DNA of 60,087 bases, the filler included, from Sphacelaria rigidula (lineage: Eukaryota), in assembly GCA_964200075.2 (NCBI GenBank). It is 6 parts of 6 records of this genome, joined end to end, with 100 filler letters (N's around TTAATTAATTAA, not from the genome) between each part and the next. Parts side by side here need not be neighbours in the genome. Positions count along the whole stretch, not along the records: positions 1 to 9,932 come from CAXNAA020007463.1; positions 10,033 to 19,964 come from CAXNAA020007464.1; 4 more parts are not named here. One strand, given 5' to 3'. This document shows, in pieces, positions 1 to 11,469 of the stretch. Each line of letters begins with the position of its first letter. Position 1 is the stretch's first letter. The notes under the pieces were generated by a model. It was given only the letters and a program-made list of their open reading frames with translations, was not told the DNA's origin and searched no databases. Made by a program: the position numbers and the translations under genes.

Positions 1-1061
1 TAGTATTTTCCTCTCTCGCAGTGTGTGTTTTGGGGGGGGGGGGGGAAAGGCGCAACACCAAGAGCCCGGGGTGGGGGGGGGGGGGGGGGGGGTCGTATCT
101 TGAACGAGCAGACGACAATACAGGGCAATCGATGAACCTTGGACCTGTAGCTCAGGGCCTCTACTTGGCATACTTCTGTTGTGCAAAAACAGCTACGATT
201 GGTCACAGTGGCGTTAGTGTACTGTCAAATGTCTGGAAAACTCAAGCTAAAACGTAGCTGCCGCAGAAATTGCATCGTTACGGATGATCGCTGTGGCTGT
301 CGGCAGTAGAGCTACTCTACAATCAACTAAGCGAGAACCACCTCATCTAGCATGCTCCTCCTCTCTGCCCGCTGTAAAACTCTGCAGAACTCTCCGCGAC
401 CGCTACGACGCAGGCTACTGCACTGCCGTACAAGAAAAACGAGCCGGAAGCACGACCTCCACGACCCAGACCAACCCCTAAATCCATCAAGCTGAAGCTA
501 TCGTCGATGGGCAAAGCCAGTGCCATATTCCAGGACTCTCGGGAGTGCGCATTTGGGTCGGATGTGGCACGTGCCGCGAAAGAGGGAGATCTGGACCTAT
601 ATGCCACAAGTGTGTACGCGTACGACAACGTTTGTGGCCTAGACTCGTGGTGTCTGCGGTGAGCCATTTTATGCTGATATAGCTTTGTAGTTAATATAAA
701 TGTTTTTGAATGGGCACGGGGCAGTTTAGTCGAAAATAATCCCCTCACCCTGATCCATGCCTGAGCCGGCCGATAGAGCCGACAATGTCGGTTTCCTGCC
801 GTTGTACATGAGTGATAAATAGTACTAGTGATAAACAAAACTAGCGGAGTTGTATGATGTCTAATGCAGCACCTTTACTACACGCCACATATGCTGGTGT
901 TCGAATCTTTGCATGGGCTGTTGGCCACCGCCCGTTGCCCAACATGCGTGTCGACGTTTGCATCTAGGGTGCTCAAGGTGATATGTAACGACGTGGAGCA
1001 GCTGTCAATCAAGCTCAAAAAGATTCGGGCCACGCAGGCAAGTGAAAGGGTTCTTGGGTTA

Positions 1062-1525
1062 CGTCCACTAGTGAGGTATTTTATGTGGCTGAGGCGCTTC
1101 CTCGCAGCACACCGTTTGTAGTGGAGCAAGACAATTGTCACGATAAATTTTGATGGATCGAGCAGACGACTGACACGCACGGGGCGTGGCATTGCCGTGC
1201 TTTTATTATTTCCTCAGAGGTCACTCCCCTAGCGGGGTGCACAGTCCCATCTGAACCTCTTCTCTGAGCCTCAGCCCTGAACCCCAACTATTGAGCTTCC
1301 AGCATGGCGCCACGGATCCGCTGTGGCTGTGCTAAATCACACTGGCTACAATACTGGTTCCCCGAACCGTTCACCTTGATACTGCGCACTGAACCGTGCT
1401 GGCTCCCGTTCCTAGACCGTTCCTGCCGATGCCGTGTTCTGAACCGTACTCGCTTCTACCAGGATATTTAATTGCATACCCGATAACCTGCACATGATAT
1501 CTACTTTGAACGCAAAATCTGCACA
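1062..1525 (-). repeat. 3' LTR of Copia element
   Basis: Aligns by eye with 4639-5103 (e.g. gtggagcaagacaattgtcacga and tgcgcactgaaccgtgctggctccc are in both). Begins TG on the minus strand directly after the PPT. Confidence 0.8.
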
Positions 1526-2482
1526 CTCCCCCATGATCATACAGTGATAACACGGGATAGCTGACACGGCCACACTCTCCGTGTTAGATTCAAGATAAAT
1601 GAAGCTACCCGTTGAACGTCCTTGAAACCACGTGATGGACATGAAGCCTTCGGACTCGTCCCGATTTCCGCCGCCTTTTCCGTTTCAACTCTCCGTCGAG
1701 GACGGCGACTCGAACGTTTGTTGGCTCTGTGCGAGACTGTCTTTACAAGGAATGCACCCCGCACCCTCTGGTGGTCCCTCCACCGCCTTTCTCGCTTCCA
1801 TCGCCATGGGCTGTTCCTTCGCCTCTTGGCCAGGGGTATAACAATCCACGCTCAGTGTACGTGAATCCTCGAGCTTCGCCCCTTCATTATCGCCCAACGT
1901 CTCGGGTTCTTCGGCGATTCGACCTTGTTCACTGATATCCCCGCTTGAGAAGGCGCGAACCTCCAGTACCCCCTGAAGCTCCCTTGCTGTCCGCGGTGTC
2001 TCTGCCTTTAGGCTTTCAGAGCGCTCTTCGCGCATGGAGTAGCATGATTTCACTGGCTCCACCGATGGCACTCGTAGTCCTGGCAGTTCAACAACCTCTC
2101 GGGTCTCGGTATCCTTCTCTGGGATTTCCTGTTCCATGGCCACTTTCGATCTGTCAGCATCGGACCTTGCCGGCATTTCTTTCGTGGTGGACGCTTGCTT
2201 TGGTCCAGTGACGATTCCGCCCCCGAGCGTGCCTAAAGCGTCTTCATTTTGATATCCTGGAAGGGCAACGAGGAAATTTCCGTAGTCGAAACTGCTGTCG
2301 TCAGAACTCCCAAAGTGTTGACGTGTGTTGTCCGCCCCATTCCGTTACGTGAGTCGACGGAATCTGCGCATTTTACTGTCCGGAGAAAAGCGCTTCCATG
2401 AGGTCAAGTCTTGTGGTGGCTATTCCCCCTGGCCATTATCGTCATCGATTTGTGCTGCTTCCTCTTTCCCCGACGGTTCGTC

Positions 2483-4400
2483 CTAATGGCCACTCAGTTC
2501 AGCAGCCTTCAGCTCCCCCACGATATCTAGGATCTTAGCTTCTGATTCGAACGTGATATATGAAGACTTCACGAGTTCGGGTTCCTGCATGAGCCGTACG
2601 TACCAGCAGAGTGAGTGCCGATCGCGCCTCACCAAGATCCCCCGCTTCGCATATGGGTGGAGCTTTGCAGCTGCGGCGCGCTGCTGCTTGTGCTGTTGCA
2701 CGGAAGAAAAATACCCGATCCCCGAATACGAAACCGGTCGTTGAAAGGCTTGCCTGTCAGTCCCTCACAAGGGGTTTCGCCCCAGAGGTACTCGTGGGTA
2801 TCGCTGCAGTCTTGAATGCCGCGTCCACCACAGCGAAGAACCAGTAGTTCTCTGCGTGTCCCGCTTTCACCAGTTGGCTGCGTGCTATCCCCATCAGTTG
2901 TTGAAGTGCACGTTCAGCACTTCCATTTCTTTGCGGTGTCCTTGGCGGTGAGCAGCGCCATTTTGCGCCGCGATTGCACACCATGCGTTGAAATTTGACC
3001 TACCGTCCGAAATCCCCGGCACCGTCTCCGCCGACGCCATTGATGGCCACTCCCTTACGGGCCACTTCGTCGATATCGGCTCCGGTGGCATCGGTGGTAG
3101 CATCTCGCGTCTTGAGTCCAACAACGTGCTGGTCTCGACTAGCCTCGTCCACGAAGATCTGAAAGTATTTCATGTCGATGACATCGACGTGGAAAAGCCC
3201 TTCAAGGTCAGTGTGCACGATTTCACCTTGTACTTTTGGATTCCATCCGCCCCGGCGGTAGCCGAGCGCCTCGGACTTGCATTCCTTGCAAACGCTGCAG
3301 CACATCCCGGGGGCCACCGTGGTATCAGTTACATCGATCAGCCCACGCTCTTCGAGGTGCTTTATGGCAACCGGATCGGTAAGGTGTTGTGCCATTGGTT
3401 CAATGTGCGGCGCTGCTTCTTATTCGCGAAGGACGTATGCACCGAAGCCACATGTTCACCATTTCCCTGTATGGATGCCGACAAGGCCAGGAACTCTTCA
3501 CTCTCGGCTATGGGGGTCTTCCGCTCATCCTTTCTGAACCGAGGACAGCTCTCCTTCTTACCGAAGTCCACAAATTGTTCTCCGTGACGCCAAACCGTGC
3601 CGGTAATCAGCAGCCGACTAGGTAGTCCAGGGAGACAAAGTACACCCTTCAACTGTGACTGTTGGTCGACGTGAAGATAGATATTTCTCGATAGTTGTCG
3701 ACAAGTCACTCATCTTCGACTACCACGTTCGTGGTCATGATGACCTCGGTCTATCCCCCTTTCCGTTGCTTCTGCCGTTCTGTGGAGGGGGTCGGAACGT
3801 TCGTGCAGGGCCCATCACCGGCGGTCATTCAGTCAGAGGTTTGCGGTGAAGATAGGAGCGGCATTCCCGCCACCTATGATTTCGCCTCAGACAGTGCGCG
3901 CATTGATTGCCAACTACTCCAGAGTCGGCTCCGTTGCCGTCAGTTCTCAATTGGAACGCTACTGCCTCGTCGCGGCGTTCCATGTCGGACGTTGGGTATG
4001 GTGATGATGCTACGACTGCCCGTTGTAGCTCATCGCACGTCATACCTGGCTGGATTGCTAGCTGTAAGAGTACTTGGGGAGAGCGTCCTTGATGCCGAAT
4101 AGAAGAGCTGCCCTCTCAGTCTCCTCGACTTCAGCGTTTCCAAGCGCTTCGAATTCCCCCCAGATGATGTCCAGCTTCACCGTAAAACCTGATGATTGTT
4201 CTGCAGAATTACAACGGAGATCCCGCAATCTCCGTTCCAGTGCAAGTAGTGGCACAGGCCGCTCGTCCTGTTCACGTCCTCCTTAGATCCGTTCCAGCGC
4301 CAGCCAGGCTTCCCTTCTGTCGGGGTTGCCGTCGTGCTCGCATCGCGCAATGATGACTATGGCTGACCCTTTCGTAGCTTATGCTAGGAGGAATTACAAG
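2483..4400 (-). pseudogene. Copia gag-protease-integrase pseudogene (frameshifted)
   Basis: Zinc knuckle CAHCLRRNHRWREC (ORF 3825-4043). Pre-integrase CSVCKECK. Integrase core VHTDLEG..YFQIFVDEASR..GDGAGDF and PRTPQRNGSAER..YWFFAV. Post-integrase KLHPYAKRGILV. Confidence 0.85.
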
Positions 4401-4638
4401 GACCGTGTGTTGTGTTTGTGCGTTCCATACGCCCCACGCTGATCTAATGGTCTCGTCCTCGTCGGAACGAACGGTACGGCGTAATCCGGTTGTAGCAGGG
4501 GGTATCGTCTCTTGCCTCTGCGTATCCTGCGATGGAGAGTCTCCATGCTGCCCACGTTTCTCGCGAGTGCCCACGAGAACCCGTCCAGACTTACAGCTTG
4601 CGTGGGTTTGCCCCCATAATCCTCGAGGCTCACCAACC

Positions 4639-5103
4639 TGTGCATTAGTGAGGTGTTTTATGTGACCGTGGTGCGCTTCCTCGCAGTGCAGCGTTTGTCG
4701 TGGAGCAAGACAATTGTCACGAGAGATCTCGATGGGCTGAGCAGACGACTGACCCGCATGGGATGCTGCATTGCCGTGCTTTTACTATTTCCTCAGAGGT
4801 CATCCCCTAGCAGGGTGCACAGTCTCATCTGAACCTCATCCCTAAACCTCAGCCCTGAACCCCAACCATAGGACTTTTAGCATGGAGCCACGGAGGTTTT
4901 CTGACTCGGCTGAATACCACTGGCTACAGTACTGGTTCTCCGAATCGTTCACCTTGGTATTGCGCACTGAACCGTGCTGGCTCCCGCTCCTGGAACGTTC
5001 CTGCCGATGCCGTGTTCTGAACCATACCATCTCCAACTAGGCCGGTTGACTGCCCCCCCGAGAATCTATGTATGAGACCTATGCCCAGTACATAATCTAC
5101 CCA
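4639..5103 (-). repeat. 5' LTR of Copia element
   Basis: Direct-repeat partner of 1062-1525, with TG...CA ends, followed on the minus strand by a PBS-like sequence. Confidence 0.8.
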
Positions 5104-7747
5104 ATTCCACTGCAGCATACACTTACTTCAAAGCAAAAGCCTGGCGCCCCTGATAACACAAATTACTCGTCTGTGTCTAATCGTTGTCAGCAGATGGTGT
5201 TGATGGTGTTTTCTAGTGTTCCAGTTGCCCTCAAGTGCGATGTACTGGGATTTGCAGAGTGAGGGACGAAAGTAAAATAGACGCTCGTGAGGGAACACAG
5301 TATCCCGTTGGTCAACCGACAGAGAGGGAGTAGTAGCTACAGTTACACGTAGCCCGTACTAACGCCTTTTTCGAAGTCTGCAGCCTGAGTCACAGAAGCA
5401 ATACCAATCAAATTTTCCGTGCCCTTCATGCCCCACTTTCCTCCACATCAACGGAACAAAACCCTTGCTGCACTCGAAACCACAGCATGATTTCCCTCAG
5501 AGCCTGAGGAGCGGGTATGAGATCGTTCAAGAGCATAAGCGTCTACACAACCCTGCTTATCGATCGATATTGCTTGTGCTGTTCTTGACAAGATGTTCGT
5601 TGGCAGCCACGGCAGTGAAAGGGCTGTCGTGGCAAGACCAAGTTGTTCCACTATCTAAGTTCTGGATACTCGCAGATCCATGATAGTTTGATGTATACTG
5701 TGTTGTCACATTCCTCGACCATATGGCGTTTTTCTACCTTTCTTGTCCTCTGTGTCCGCCAGGAAAAGCTCCGACGAAGACAGGCAGCGGTGGAGCGTGC
5801 CCGCGGCCGCCTGAAGCAGCCCGACGATGAGATACCGTCGGTAGGTTCACTGTATCCTCCGTGATGAAAGTATAGTGCATTTGTTCCATCTGGTACGAAG
5901 ACCACGCACGTATCACATCCATTTTGATATAAAATCATCGGAATGTTATGCGGACCTGCGCCCAAGTGATGACAGCAATCAATCATTGATATTTACCGCA
6001 AAATAAGTATTTTTGACAGGTAGTACCAGCATCATCGGTATCATTCGCTCTTCTGAAATGACCATGGATTGGTTTATGACTTATCCCTGAGTCGCAAATT
6101 CCACTCTCCTGCGGGTGAAAGCATCTGCACTCGAGGATACCGTCGATGTAACTCTACGCACTAATAGCCCCACGTTCGGAGATTAGCAACAGAAGATCCC
6201 AGGTTGGTAATTCGCCCTGCCTGATAGGTTTTGTCCCAAGCATAACGGCGAGCGATACGTGTAAAGAGTAGAAATAGTTAACCTGAATCATCTTGCCGAC
6301 ACACAGGGAGACTCAGACAAGGAGGAGTCTATGGATTCCTCCACCCTCGAAGCACGACCAGACGAAACAGCGAGCAAGAGTGCGTCGTCAGGCTCCAATT
6401 TCTCGGCATCATCGCCTAACAGCACGTCATCAAGTGGTGACTCGTCAGCGTCATCGGGGTCTTCCTCGGCATCATCGTCTGACAGCGAGTCAACCGGTGG
6501 GCCGTCAGGTATAATGTCGGGCCACGCCAGTTCTTCTGATAGTGCGCCATCCTCTTTTTCCTCGGCAGATGTTACATCGCCGTCTGAGAGCGGATCTGAG
6601 GGAGAAGCGGAGAAAGACGGAAGCAGACCTGTTTCCGGCGATGGGTCACGCTCAAGGCAAAGATCAGAAGAAATTTCCGTCGACAGCGAGGATAGTGATG
6701 ATAGTGGATTGGAGAGAAGGAAGAATAACAAGAACTCCACCGCTCATTCTAAGCGTAGCGCGAGAGAGTCGGAAATGGGAGATGCGATCAGTGGAAGTTC
6801 CGCGCCTTCGAAACTCAGCGTTCCTACAGCAAAGGGCAAGAGCAAAAGGAAGAGTGGCAGGGTGTCGGGAGAGAATAGCCGTAGAGAAATCGGCACTTCG
6901 TCGTCACAGGGATCGACAACTCTGGGCAAGTATTAATCGAATATGCTTACGCTCAGTCGTGAGGATGAGGATGACATGTAGGATACTGCGTGCATGTTGA
7001 ATTGCATGATTGTGACACAAGGATTATGTGGACAGAATAACCGGAATGTGGGGATCTTGAAGTATTCCGTACAAGAGGCGTTCCATCGGATTGTGTGATA
7101 TGACGCATTCCTGGTGTTATTCCGTAGTGTGGCACAACACTCGACACCCACCCGAGTTCAGTTGTTGTTGTTCTTGTGGTCATTCTTCATGTTTAGTATT
7201 GGTTTCATGTGAGGCTACAAGGGCTACGGTATGAGGGCATGGGGTGAATAACAATGGAGATATAATGAGAAAAGGGGTATAATCGCCACCGATGCATCGA
7301 GCTTATTCTCACGCTTATTAAGTCTTGGTGGATGTCGTCACCATCGCCATCGGGCGATGAGGCGTGATCGGATAGCAGCGAGCCCCATCGTGCGTGCAGC
7401 ACGAAACAAAAAGGGGGATCCTCAAGGAGAAGAACGAAGCAACTTGCAGATGAACAACGGTCTCGTAGTGGGGCGAAAAGTAGGAAGGGAGTGCGTTGAG
7501 AAATAATGTTTTTGAAAAAAATAGTGATGTTAAGGATAAGTCAGATACTGCCCTACATCACAGTACACGTCCGCCTCGGGGTTCTGAAGTAAACTGTTCC
7601 GTTATCTGTTCTCTGCCTATATCAGGCACGGCGTAGCAACGTGGTTCTTGACGTCACAATGGCAGCTAGGCCTTGACTCCTTCTGCGACCACAGAAAAAC
7701 AGATTTATTTTTTATGCGCAGGAAAACGACGTGAAAAAGACAGCAGG

Positions 7748-7895
7748 AAAACCAAAATATGTCGTAGGTTTCCAGAAAATACAGCAGATTCTAGGGAGGA
7801 TAGAGCATAATTGGAATTACGGCTGTAAAAAAAGAAAACACGAAATCCAAAATACGTCGCAGCTTTTCAGAAAATACAGCAGATTCTAGAGAGGA
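7748..7895. repeat. Direct repeat, 2 x ~50 bp
   Basis: ccaaaata(t/c)gtcg..cagaaaatacagcagattctag(g/a)gagga at ~7751-7800 and ~7847-7895. Confidence 0.7.
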
Positions 7896-8993
7896 GTTGG
7901 CTTTCCAAGTATCGGTGTGCTCAGTCATCTAGTTCAGGCGATATGTCGTTATCTATTTGTTCTAGTTTTCCGAAGTCAGCCATGGTGTGGGAGGAGACCG
8001 TTTGTTCAGTATGCGAAGTAATGGCGGATTCCACAGCACGGCGTGACTGATACTCGAAGTATGATTTCTCTCCATGGATCATGTTGTGGCATTTTGTACT
8101 GGTACAAGACTAGAAACACAACACATACAGTATGTCAAAAATGTCGCCGAGAAATGTATGCGAAGCATGAGATACGCGAAAGAAATGTGCGACAGGGTCG
8201 TATTATTCAACATTGAGGGGCTGAAAGAAATTAAGGGTCGAAAAACAACTTGAGCGGCCGGAAAATCAATCAAGGGCAAAAAAGGGGGAGGGGGGCGCAG
8301 AAAAGAACAAACGGACGCAGAAATAGCGCAAAAAAAGCAAAAAAAAAACGCAGGAATAAACAAAGAAGCAGAAAACGAGCCAAAAACGAGCAGATGGAGT
8401 CAAGACCTATAATGGCAATACTGCTGTTTACTCTTGCCTGCTTCCGTTACCGTGACACGAGTTCATATTCGGCAGTGATTTTGTGTCGATAAGGTACGCT
8501 GGATAAGGACAGAGTCAAGCCTGATGGTACCGTGTCGCTATAGGGATGAGATGGCATATGTGAGGAGCAATTAATACATCGAAAAACACGTCTCGGTGGT
8601 GCTGCAGTTGTCTTTAACTTCACGTTTTGTAGGGCTACAGTTGGCTCAGTCGAGGGTGTCTATGCACCGGAGTTTCATGAGCACCGGCGCACCCTCCTCG
8701 CACGATCGTTCTAGAATGGCTTACAGTTTTTACGCCGTGCTGAAGCAATCAGCGAGCTTGTTGCTACCGAAATCAAGTAGAGTAAACGTCCCTATTTGGG
8801 AACAGTACCAATTAAGGAGCGAAATATTTATTGTTTTCTATTCTGTTTTTTTCTGCGTGTGAACAAGAGCATAACGCTTCTTTTGAGCTACTGCACGTGC
8901 CTTTTGTGTAAAAAAACACCATCCCACAGCACTGTGAATAAGGGCGTGTGTGTCTTTCGTCAAAATCAGCTTTTTGCTCGATCGGTTGCTAAG

Positions 8994-9520
8994 CATGCAG
9001 AGAGTAAAGGTGGCCCCAGAACGTGCAACCGAGGCCGTAGAAGCGGTACGTAGCGGTCGCATAACCTTCCATGCTACTGCAAAGACCTTTGAAGTCTTCG
9101 TTGGTTCGCTGCAGAAGCGTGTCAGTGGTAGCGTGAGCATAGCTGGCAGGGTTGGTCCGGGTATGTACTGTCGAGGTAGGAAGAAAATTCCATCGAAGAT
9201 ATGCTAAAAATTTGCCGCAGCTCGTCAACGGGCCTGAATAGAGATGGCCTGAAACAGGCGGCTATGGCACTCTGGAGCGACAACCGACCGGTGCCATAGG
9301 ACCCGACAGTAGGCTCAGGTCGTAAGTGGCCCGGCTTGTTCCTTCGGAGGCACCCGCGGCTAGGTGTGCGCAGCAACTGCATCTACAAGATCGACAGGGT
9401 GGTGCGGCCGACGAAGAAGATCGCATGCCGGAGTTATATGCGGCCTGTGAAGACTACGTGGACAAGGAGAAGCGAGCAACCGACCACAGATGGAACACGG
9501 ATGAGACAGGTGCTTTACTG
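8994..9520 (+). pseudogene. pogo/Tc5-like DDE transposase relic (psq HTH, CENP-B HTH, start of DDE)
   Basis: AVEAVRSGRITFHATAKTFEV..SLQKRV (psq-type HTH), KW..LFLRRHPRL (CENP-B HTH end) and WNTDETG (first DDE motif), spread over shifted frames. Confidence 0.75.
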
Positions 9521-9822
9521 TCTGTCACGAGCCGTTCCGTTTATGTGATACAACGCATGTGTCTAGAGCTAGAGGCAGGGGCTGTTGCTGTGGCGTGGTG
9601 TTTGTCTGCTCTCAATCATGCTCCGTCTGATTCGGTATTATTTTTGCCGCATTCTTCGCCGACGAAGTACTTGCCTGCTTGTTCTGTTGATTGCATTTAC
9701 TCTTTATAGAGGTCCTACGTATACTGTCTGAAGAGGTGTTGCAAGTGCCGCGTCTAGAGATTGTGCCAGTACTGTGCGTACCACCCGATACTCGACGTAC
9801 TACTACTCTGTAACGTGCCCCC

Positions 9823-9858
<36 letters not shown>

Positions 9859-9932
9859 CCCCCCGCCCCCCCCCCCCCCCATCCTTCCCGCCGCCGGATG
9901 CTCTCCGCCGCGGGCCCGGGGAGGCGAACCCC

Positions 9933-10032
9933 NNNNNNNNNNNNNNNNNNNNNNNNNNNNNNNNNNNNNNNNNNNNTTAATTAATTAANNNNNNNNNNNN
10001 NNNNNNNNNNNNNNNNNNNNNNNNNNNNNNNN
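9933..10032. other. Artificial scaffold spacer
   Basis: 44 N + TTAATTAATTAA + 44 N. Confidence 0.98.
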
Positions 10033-10476
10033 GCTGCCTACAGCGGCGGCAACGTAACCGTCTCTACTACCTACATGGGGAATCTGCGACGTTATGTCGA
10101 TGGCCTCATCATCGACCGTTGCTTCCCACGTGAGATAGAAACATGGGCATGTCTTCGCCGCTTCTAGGTATAACGCCGCCTTTGCTTTACACGTCTCCTT
10201 GCCAGGCTCCAATATTTTCTTCACTTGTTTGTTGGTAGCTACCAAAATAAGGTGGATAGACTGCTCTTCTATAACATGGTCGATAGAATGAAGGGCGTCC
10301 TCCGGAGTGTCGTATATTTTATACTTCCCCCAGACGGGACTGTCCGGATAGGCGACCTCTTGGTCTTGTTTCGCGATCACGTGCAGCCTGTTGACCTGAT
10401 TTAGACTCAAAAACTGTGACCAAATTGGATTGCACGCGCGGCGGAGGTGGATGCGCGAGACGCGGTTCCTAGTCAC
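10033..10476 (-). CDS. Hypothetical protein exon, open into the scaffold end
   Basis: ~148 uninterrupted codons of globular-looking composition, with a candidate acceptor (gactag) at ~10470. Same strand as the spliced gene upstream. Confidence 0.45.
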
Positions 10477-11469
10477 GTCGCGAAGAGGGGAAGCAATAAT
10501 GGGTACTAGAATTCAAGCATTCACTGTAGACGTGTGAAAACGATGGTACGAGATCCCGCGACAAACACCACCCCTCAGATTCTCAGCGATACACACTCTG
10601 CATGATCCCAAACGAAGGATTCGAAGCGCGGTAGGCATTCTGTTTGGCACGCCACGCCCGTTTCCTTCGAAATCTCCGCATCGCGACTACAAGGGTAGGA
10701 GGTGACATGTCGACCCCCGAGTGATGGTCTTCTCACTCGCCTGTCCCATAATTTAGGGTACCGAAGGGCAATACGTGGTCTGGGTATAATGGTCGCTGTG
10801 ATGGCTTTACAGATGGGTTCGTTACGAAGTTAGAGGGCAGACTTAGCCGACGTAAAGATAGAATGACGAGTTCTTTACTTGAAATGGGCCGAAATATACC
10901 CGAGCATCGCACTTATTCTACTATTTCGAAGCACTCGTAGAAGAGTTTGGCCGTTGTTGAGCCGAACAGCGGTGGTTTTGCCAGCAAGGTTTGTCAGTTG
11001 AGAAGGCAGTGGGGTCAGCACACGGTAATACGTAAACCTAGTGGTTGATTCGCGATTGTGATTATTGTTCATTTTTTGTTATAATGTTTCTCTCCGGAGT
11101 TTAGAAAGGGGGGTGTGCGGTCATTTTCGGGCCTGATTATTTGTTTTCATTCGTACGAAGCAAGCACCAAATGTAGACAAAATATGCTTTTAACCGAAAA
11201 TTGACCAAAACAATAATACAAAGATCGGACCAAAATCCGGGCAAGGTGAAGGGCCCGCACAATTTAGGGTATCCTCTTGTAAAGTACAGAGAAAGTGTAT
11301 TTCACTTGCAAATGCGTCAAGAAATATGCAACAACAAAACAAAACTGGTGCGTAGGTGCCTGCTGGCCTGACCACCACCTTGTCCTCACTGTGCGACCCT
11401 CAAACGGCCAAGAAGCAAGTAAACAAGACACGATATGAACACCGTTTGTCTCGCCCGAAGCACTCTCAC

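Larger units (their letters stand above)
1062..5103 (-). mobile_element. Ty1/Copia LTR retrotransposon, degenerate, lacking RT/RNase H
   Basis: Two diverged direct repeats (1062-1525, 4639-5103). PPT-like GGGGGAG on the minus strand at ~1526-1532, next to the 3' LTR. PBS-like GGTTGGTGAGCC next to the 5' LTR. Gag and integrase motifs lie in Copia order between them. Confidence 0.85.
388..6936 (+). pseudogene. Possible degenerate spliced host gene interrupted by the Copia insertion; Ser-rich last exon
   Basis: Open AG/GT-bounded segments at 388-658 and 5763-5840, plus an acceptor at 6306 in frame with the Ser-rich ORF 6331-6936. Exon phases are not fully reconciled and no family is recognised. 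Confidence 0.3.

Noticed and set aside
2988..3587. 199-aa plus-strand ORF as an independent gene
   Set aside because: Antisense shadow of the Copia integrase; many other short ORFs in the track are similar shadows.
9761..9932. Proline-rich ORFs
   Set aside because: Translation of a poly(C) tract at a scaffold end.
9977..9988. TTAATTAATTAA recurring every ~10 kb as a biological motif
   Set aside because: Always centred in 88 N; an artificial spacer.
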